64,000 bases of DNA from positions 3,245 through 67,244 of the forward strand of contig NZ_JBOHGB010000021.1 of assembly GCF_050699935.1 (NCBI RefSeq). The letters run 5' to 3'. The notes beneath the pieces were generated by a model that saw only the letters and a list, made by a program, of their open reading frames with translations, had not been told where the DNA came from and ran no database searches. The number at the start of each line of letters is the position of its first letter. Position 1 is the stretch's first letter. Shown here in pieces: positions 58,853 to 64,000 of this stretch. The stretch is from Actinophytocola sp. (GTDB taxonomy: Bacteria; Actinomycetota; Actinomycetes; Mycobacteriales; Pseudonocardiaceae). The translations under genes and the position numbers were made by a program.

Positions 58853-60634
58853 ATGGCCCGCGAGTTCGGATGTGTCGGAGTGGTCGGGCTGGGCACGATG
58901 GGTGCCGGCATCGCCGAGGTCGTCGCCCGCACGGGCATCCGGGTGATCGGCGTCGAGCTCGACCGGGACTGCGTCGCCCGCGCCCGCGAGCACCTCGAGC
59001 ACTCCACCGAGCGGGCGCGCTCGGGCGGCAAGCTGGACGAGGCCGCCCGCGCGGCGCTGCTCGACCGGATCACCTACACCACCTCGCTCGCCGACCTGGC
59101 CGACGCCGACCTCGTCGTCGAGGCGATCCCGGAGAGCCTCGAGCTGAAGGCCCGGGTGTTCACCGAGCTCGAGGAGGTCTGCCGGCCGGACGTGATCCTG
59201 TGCTCGAACACGTCCTCGCTGTCGGTCACCGAGATCGGCGTGCACACCGGGCGGCCGGGCAAGGTCGTCGGGCTGCACTTCTTCAACCCGGCGCCGGTGC
59301 TGCGGCTCGTGGAGATCGTCCGCACGGTCGTCACCGAGCCGGACGTGATCGCCGACGTCGAGGCGTTCGCCCGCAAGCTCGGCAAGGAGCCGGTGGTGAT
59401 CGGGGACCGGGCCGGGTTCATCGCGAACGCGCTGCTGTTCGGCTACCTCAACCACGCCGCGTCGATGTACGAGTCCCACTACGCCACGCGCGAGGACCTC
59501 GACGCGGCGATGCGGCTGGGCTGCGGTTACCCGATGGGGCCGCTCGCGCTGCTCGACCTGATCGGGCTGGACACCGCGTACGAGATCCTCGAGACGATGT
59601 ACCGCCAGTCGCGCAACCGCCTGCACGCGCCGGCCCCGATCCTGCGGCAGATGATCACGGCCGGGCTGCTCGGCCGCAAGTCCGGGCGTGGCTTCTACTC
59701 CTACGACGGCCTGGACTCGCCGACGGTCGTGCCGGACGCGCTCACTCCCGTCCCGGCGCCGGCGGCCGCCGTGTCCACACGGGACGTCACGCGGGTCGGC
59801 GTGGTCGGCACCGGGACGATGGCGACCGGCATCGCGGAGGTGTTCGCGCGCAATGGGTTCGACGTCGTGCTGCGGGCGCGGTCGGGGGAGCGGGCGGACG
59901 CGGCGCTCGCGGCCGTGCGCAAGTCCATGGACCGCCAGGTCTCGAAGGGCCGGCTGTCCGAAGAGGATGGTGTGGCGGTGCTCGGCCGGGTCCGCGGCGT
60001 CGTCGAGTTCGACGAGCTGGCCGACTGCGACCTGGTGATCGAGGCGGTGGCCGAGGAGCTGGGGGTCAAGCGGGCGGTGTTCGGCGCCCTCGACGAGGTG
60101 GTCAAGCCGGGCGCGGTCCTCGCGACCACCACGTCGTCGCTGCCGGTGATCGAGTGCGCGGTGGCCACCTCGCGGCCGGCGGACGTCGTGGGGCTGCACT
60201 TCTTCAACCCGGCGCCGGTGATGAAGCTGGTGGAGGTCGTGTCGACGATCTCGTCGGCCGACGACGTGGTGGCGACCGCGCGTGCGGTGTGCCAGCGGGT
60301 CGGCAAGCATCCGGTGCACTGCGCGGACCGGGCCGGGTTCATCGTGAACGCCCTGCTGTTCCCGTACCTGAACGACGCGGTCAAGATGCTGGAGGCGCAC
60401 TACGCGGACGCCGACGACATCGACACGGCGATGAAGGTCGGCTGCGGGCTGCCGATGGGCCCGTTCGAGCTGCTGGACGTGGTCGGGCTGGACGTGTCAC
60501 TCGCGATCGAGCGCGCGCTGTACTACGAGTTCCGGGACGCCGGGTTCGCGCCCGCGCCGCTGCTGGAGCACCTGGTCACCGCGGGCCGGCTGGGCCGCAA
60601 GGCGGGCAAGGGCTTCCGGGACTACGGCGTGTGA
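58853..60634 (+). CDS. tandem 3-hydroxyacyl-CoA dehydrogenase (two complete HAD modules)
   Basis: Two NAD-binding starts (VGVVGLGTMGAGIAEV; VGVVGTGTMATGIAEV). Each is followed by S.TSSL...GLHFFNPAP...DRAGFI.NALL and a C-terminal dimerisation domain. Confidence 0.88.
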   Translation: MAREFGCVGVVGLGTMGAGIAEVVARTGIRVIGVELDRDCVARAREHLEHSTERARSGGKLDEAARAALLDRITYTTSLADLADADLVVEAIPESLELKARVFTELEEVCRPDVILCSNTSSLSVTEIGVHTGRPGKVVGLHFFNPAPVLRLVEIVRTVVTEPDVIADVEAFARKLGKEPVVIGDRAGFIANALLFGYLNHAASMYESHYATREDLDAAMRLGCGYPMGPLALLDLIGLDTAYEILETMYRQSRNRLHAPAPILRQMITAGLLGRKSGRGFYSYDGLDSPTVVPDALTPVPAPAAAVSTRDVTRVGVVGTGTMATGIAEVFARNGFDVVLRARSGERADAALAAVRKSMDRQVSKGRLSEEDGVAVLGRVRGVVEFDELADCDLVIEAVAEELGVKRAVFGALDEVVKPGAVLATTTSSLPVIECAVATSRPADVVGLHFFNPAPVMKLVEVVSTISSADDVVATARAVCQRVGKHPVHCADRAGFIVNALLFPYLNDAVKMLEAHYADADDIDTAMKVGCGLPMGPFELLDVVGLDVSLAIERALYYEFRDAGFAPAPLLEHLVTAGRLGRKAGKGFRDYGV

Positions 60635-60643
60635 GGTCTTGGG

Positions 60644-60751
60644 CCGACCATGGTGACCTCAGGGGTACCGTGACGGCACCCAGCCACAATCAGCCGGACA
60701 TCCGCAGCGTTCGCTGGGACGCAACCGACGCATTGAATTCCGGGGAGGCGG
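60644..60751 (+). repeat. MITE/MIRU-like repeat, copy d (108 bp)
   Basis: CCGACCATGGTGACCTCAGGGGTACCGTGACGGCACCCAGCCACAATCAGCC...GGGACGCAACCGACGCATTGAATTCCGGGGAGGCGG. It begins 10 nt after the dehydrogenase stop. Confidence 0.9.
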
Positions 60752-60863
60752 ACTGGTTCGGGTGACCGTCCGGGCAGATTGCGGGGTCGGACGACGCGCT
60801 CGTCGGGCGCTGGACGTCGAACGTCACGGCGCACTCGTGGCAGCGGAACTCGTAGGTCGGCAC
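60690..60863 (-). CDS. FmdB-family zinc-ribbon protein whose C-terminus is replaced by repeat copy d (possibly a pseudogene)
   Basis: GTG (complement of 60861-60863) gives VPTYEFRCHECAVTFDVQRPTSASSDPAICPDGHPNQ, then SASPEFNASVASQRTLRMSG encoded by the repeat. The usual ...VFKGSGFY tail is absent. Confidence 0.5.
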   Translation of the reverse strand: MPTYEFRCHECAVTFDVQRPTSASSDPAICPDGHPNQSASPEFNASVASQRTLRMSG

Positions 60864-60910
60864 GGGACCATTGTGCCCTGCCGCCTCGCCGGTCAGTACC
60901 GTGATCGACC

Positions 60911-61207
60911 GTGCCCCGCCGCAACCGTCACCGGACCCGGCGCGCCGAGCCACCCGGCCCGCCGGTCGTTGGCTGGCAGCAGCCCGAGTCCGCCCCGGAC
61001 GGCGAGTGGCTGGTTCGCCGGATCCCCGGCGACCGGTCGACGAAGCAGTACCGCTGCCCCGGCTGCGACCACGAGATCCGCCCCGGCACCGCGCACGTCG
61101 TGGTCTGGCCGGCGGACGACACGGGCGGCGTGGCCGACCGCCGCCACTGGCACGAGTCCTGCTGGCAGACCCGCCACCGGCGCCGCCCGACGAGCCGGTA
61201 CTGGTGA
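60911..61207 (+). CDS. conserved hypothetical zinc-ribbon protein (98 aa)
   Basis: Contains EWLVRRIPGDRSTKQYRCPGCDHEIRPGTAHVVVWPAD...RRHWHESCW (CxxC...H..C pattern). Basic termini. Confidence 0.55.
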   Translation: MPRRNRHRTRRAEPPGPPVVGWQQPESAPDGEWLVRRIPGDRSTKQYRCPGCDHEIRPGTAHVVVWPADDTGGVADRRHWHESCWQTRHRRRPTSRYW

Positions 61208-61273
61208 GCTCGCCAGAACGAGAGTCGCCTGGAGGCAGCGGGTCACGACCCGCCGCCACCAGGCGACGCCGCC

Positions 61274-61444
61274 TTACGGCGGCTTGCGTCCGCGCCTGAT
61301 GCTGAGCTGCTGGAGGATCTTGATCGCGTGCTCGCGACCAGCCTTGTCAGCCCGCAACGACCAGATGATGACCACGATCTCGGTCAGAATCCGGAGCGCC
61401 AACGCCGCACTCACCAACACACCAACGAGCCACAGCTCACCCAC
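61274..61444 (-). CDS. small membrane protein (56 aa) with a strong RBS, lower-GC region
   Basis: GAGGAGAAAGGAG lies 8 nt upstream of the GTG. Sequence: VGELWLVGVLVSAALALRILTEIVVIIWSLRADKAGREHAIKILQQLSIRRGRKPP, one TM helix plus a basic tail. Confidence 0.5.
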   Translation of the reverse strand: MGELWLVGVLVSAALALRILTEIVVIIWSLRADKAGREHAIKILQQLSIRRGRKPP

Positions 61445-61679
61445 GGCGGGGGTGCTCCTTTCTCCTCTGATCCGGCCGATCGACCCCCAAGTCGCGACGG
61501 GCCGGCCCAGTAGGAGATGCGCTCGCGCTGTGTAGTTGTGCGTTTTCAGGATGCCCGAGGTTCGTCGCCACGGCAACGACGGGACGCGGCCGAGAAAATC
61601 TTGTGGGCGGGTGTCGATTCGGTCGTCGCTGCTTCGACGTATGGGTGAAGGAGCAAGACGGCACAGATCGGAGAGTTCG

Positions 61680-61982
61680 GTGTCTCACCCACTCGGTTCG
61701 CTAGCGGACAACCTGACCGCCTACGCGATCTACGCGACCGCGCAGGCCGAGATGCGGCACGCCTACTCGCTGATCGACGCGGGTGACTTCGCCGCCGCGG
61801 CCGCGGAGATCGCGTCCGCGGCGCGGGCCGCGGACGTGCTGGCCAACTTCAGCGCGTCGGCCGCCGTGGCACGGACGGCGCACTGGCGGCGCGTCGCCAC
61901 CGCCCGTCGGCAGTTCGCCGTGCGCGCCCGCGCGCATGCCGATTCCGCACACAACGACCGGCCGCGACTGGCAGCCGCCTGA
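61680..61982 (+). CDS. hypothetical Ala-rich protein (100 aa)
   Basis: GTG follows GGAGAG. Sequence: VSHPLGSLADNLTAYAIYATAQAEMRHAYSLIDAGDFAAAAAEIASAARAADVL... Low-complexity helices with no family recognised. Confidence 0.35.
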   Translation: MSHPLGSLADNLTAYAIYATAQAEMRHAYSLIDAGDFAAAAAEIASAARAADVLANFSASAAVARTAHWRRVATARRQFAVRARAHADSAHNDRPRLAAA

Positions 61983-61996
61983 GAGACAAGGGAATT

Positions 61997-62078
61997 CCGT
62001 GACCTCAGGGGACCGTGACGCAACCCAGCCGCACCATCCGCCGGAACGTAACCAACACTTTCAATTCCGGGGAGGCGG
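61997..62078 (+). repeat. MITE/MIRU-like repeat, copy e (about 82 bp, shortened core)
   Basis: CCGTGACCTCAGGGGACCGTGACGCAACCCAGCCGCACCATCCGCCGGAACGTAACCAACACTTTCAATTCCGGGGAGGCGG. The left boundary is uncertain. Confidence 0.85.
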
Positions 62079-63134
62079 GAATGTGCGGGCCGCCGCCAGG
62101 AACGCGTCGTTCTCCTCCGGGAGCCCGATCGTCACCCGGGCACCGTCCCCGACGAACGCCCGCACGACGATCTTCTGCTCCAGGCAGTGCTGGTTGAACG
62201 CGGCCGTCCGGTCGCCGAGGAGCAGCCACACGAAGTTCGCCTGCGACGGCGGCACCTCGTAGCCCATCTCCAGCAGCGCCGAGCGCACCCGCTCCCGCTC
62301 GACGGCCACCGGCCCGCACCGGGCCAGCAGCTCGTCGGCGGCGTCCATGGCCGCGATCGCCGCCGCCTGCGCCATCCGGTTCACCGCGAACGGGATGCCG
62401 ACCTTGCGCACGGCGGCCGTCACTGCGGGCGGCGCCACCGAGTAGCCGACTCGCACCCCGGCCAGCCCGTACGCCTTCGAGAACGTGCGCAGGACCGCGA
62501 GGTTCTCCCGGCCCTCGGCCAGCGCGAGCCCGTCGGGCACGTCGGGGTCGGTGGCGAACTCGCGGTACGCCTCGTCCAGGACGACCAGCACGTGGTCCGG
62601 CACGCGGTCGAGGAAGCGCTCCAGCTCCGCGGTGCGCAGCGCGGTGCCGGTCGGGTTGTTCGGGTTCGCGATGAACAGCACCCGCGTGTCGTCCGTGACC
62701 GCGCCGGCCATGGCGTCGAGGTCGTGCCGGTAGTCCGCGGTCAGCGGCACCCTGACGTCGCGTGCCCCGACGATCTGCGTGATGATCGGGTACGCCTCGA
62801 ACGACCGCCAGGCGAACACGACTTCCTGGCCCTCGACGCACATCGCCTGGAGGACCTGCTGGGCCAGCGCCACCGAACCGGCGCCGATCGCCACTCGTTC
62901 CTCGGGCTGGCCCAGGTACGCCGCCGTCTTGGCCTGCACGTCGTCGTTGGCCATCTGCGGGTACCGGTTGACGTCGGCGGCCGCGTCCGTGATCGCGGCG
63001 AGCACGGACGCCGGCGCGTGCGTGGAGACTTCGTTGCTGGACAGCACGATCGCGCCGGGGATCTTGCGGCCGGGCACGTAGTCCGGGAGTTCGGCGAGGT
63101 CGGCTCGGACGGAGATGGGCATGCCCCGCATCAT
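62061..63134 (-). CDS. class-II (HisC/Pat-type) histidinol-phosphate/aromatic aminotransferase
   Basis: Contains LSSNE.....P.SVL.AI......NRYP...GAGSVAL...VLFIANPNNPTG...VVLDEAYREF...LRTFSKAYGLAGVRVGY (PLP Lys). Start at ATG 63134 or 63122. The last 6 codons and the stop lie inside repeat copy e. Confidence 0.85.
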   Translation of the reverse strand: MMRGMPISVRADLAELPDYVPGRKIPGAIVLSSNEVSTHAPASVLAAITDAAADVNRYPQMANDDVQAKTAAYLGQPEERVAIGAGSVALAQQVLQAMCVEGQEVVFAWRSFEAYPIITQIVGARDVRVPLTADYRHDLDAMAGAVTDDTRVLFIANPNNPTGTALRTAELERFLDRVPDHVLVVLDEAYREFATDPDVPDGLALAEGRENLAVLRTFSKAYGLAGVRVGYSVAPPAVTAAVRKVGIPFAVNRMAQAAAIAAMDAADELLARCGPVAVERERVRSALLEMGYEVPPSQANFVWLLLGDRTAAFNQHCLEQKIVVRAFVGDGARVTIGLPEENDAFLAAARTFPPPRN

Positions 63135-63276
63135 GTCACCCGGCGATGGAGGATGGTGACGTGCATTTGTCTGATCCTGTGGTTCTGTCGCACGCGTTTC
63201 CACTCGACTCGCGGATGTGGGACGGCCTGGTCGAGGTCAGCTGCGTGCCCGGCGCGCGCACCGTGTTCGGCTGAGG

Positions 63277-63822
63277 TCACTCCAGGGGCAGCGCCGGCTC
63301 GATCAGCTCCGCGAGCCGTAACGCCATCCGGCAGGAGTCGAACTCGTCCAAGGTGCTGGTGTCAGAGCCCACGGCGCTGGCGTCAGCGCGTGAGCTCTCG
63401 CTCACGTACATGATGATCGAGCACACGTCATACGTTTCCACCTGGACCGCCTCCCGCGAGCCGACGGTCAGCGGTGTCCGGTCGAGGTCCGAAGGCAGGT
63501 CGTCAAGCCCCCGCGTCTCGTCGACGGAGATGGCAACCGTGTAGGCGTCGCCCTCCTGTCCCCAGTTGTCGACGAACCAGCCGCACCCCCGGCTGATCTT
63601 GGAGGGACGGCCCGCACCGACATCCTCGACGCCGACCTCCACCGCGATCTCCTCGGTGAGCAGCGCACAGGGATCCACCTCGGCCAGCGACACCGGTCGT
63701 GCGGATGGTGTGCCAGTGCTACCGGGTGCGCTCGGCTCGGCCACGGGCGTACCGCCGGTCTCGGCCGAACACCCCACCAGTACCGCGGCCAGCAGCGGCA
63801 GAACGCGTGCCCTCATGCCCAC
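63277..63822 (-). CDS. DUF3558-type secreted lipoprotein
   Basis: Signal peptide plus lipobox (LLAAVLVGCSA), then VDPCALLTEEI and conserved Cys residues, as in 57768..58760. Confidence 0.7.
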   Translation of the reverse strand: MGMRARVLPLLAAVLVGCSAETGGTPVAEPSAPGSTGTPSARPVSLAEVDPCALLTEEIAVEVGVEDVGAGRPSKISRGCGWFVDNWGQEGDAYTVAISVDETRGLDDLPSDLDRTPLTVGSREAVQVETYDVCSIIMYVSESSRADASAVGSDTSTLDEFDSCRMALRLAELIEPALPLE

Positions 63823-63891
63823 AGCCCTTCACGCTGAGTGTGTTCGGCGGTGACCGGAAACTAGCGTTCGGTGAACAACCGCGTCCACGTC

Positions 63892-64000
63892 TCACCCACA
63901 GATCTGGAAATTCTGGAAGTCAGCCGCCGGCCCGGCGCGGTGCACGACGCCTTCCTCGCGTGGGGCGTCGGCGGTGAGGGCGGCGATCCTCGTCGTCGGG
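63892..64000 (-). CDS. C-terminal 35 codons of an unidentified protein (runs off the window)
   Basis: The reverse frame reads ...PTTRIAALTADAPREEGVVHRAGPAADFQNFQICG, then a stop (complement of 63892-63894). Function unknown. Confidence 0.3.
   Translation of the reverse strand, partial: PTTRIAALTADAPREEGVVHRAGPAADFQNFQICG

Overview
High-GC (about 70%) actinobacterial chromosome segment, possibly a Pseudonocardiales-type actinomycete (taxonomy is inference only). The core is housekeeping. From memory, its order argS-lysA-hom-thrC-thrB-rho-rpmE-prfA-prmC-tsaC-(glyA)-wecA-atpI/B/E/F/F'/H/A/G/D/C-DUF2550-(PduO adenosyltransferase)-murA ... nucS is colinear with the M. tuberculosis Rv1292-Rv1321 region. 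Other content: msrB/msrA, a metal-homeostasis cluster (CDF exporter, DUF305, two DUF3105 paralogues), gamma-glutamyltransferase, a MeaA/Ecm-type B12 acyl-CoA mutase, an Ehu-like amino-acid/ectoine ABC transporter with two binding proteins, beta-oxidation genes and DUF3558 lipoproteins. There are two accessory zones. (1) Positions 1.5-9.4 kb are a decayed island next to tRNA-Arg(CCG). It holds a frameshifted VWA gene, a frameshifted ISL3 element plus an extra solo IS end, a 5'-truncated and twice-frameshifted SARP/NB-ARC/TPR regulator, a YbaB-like pair, and a 1.1 kb toxin-antitoxin mini-island bracketed by a 48 bp duplication of the tRNA 3' half. (2) Low-GC orphan genes lie at 45.6-46.2 kb and 61.3-61.7 kb. 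The most unusual signal is a non-coding 82-108 bp MITE/MIRU-like repeat family I do not recognise. Five copies are present, all exactly at gene boundaries. They are fused to reading frames: an in-frame bridge between hom and thrC, donated stop codons for two genes, and a spurious start on a truncated SUOX-type pseudogene. A second, unrelated repeat (22 bp units, 3 forward and 2 reverse) fills the lysA-hom spacer. No CRISPR array or rRNA was seen. Many long antisense ORFs in the supplied track are GC-driven shadow ORFs.
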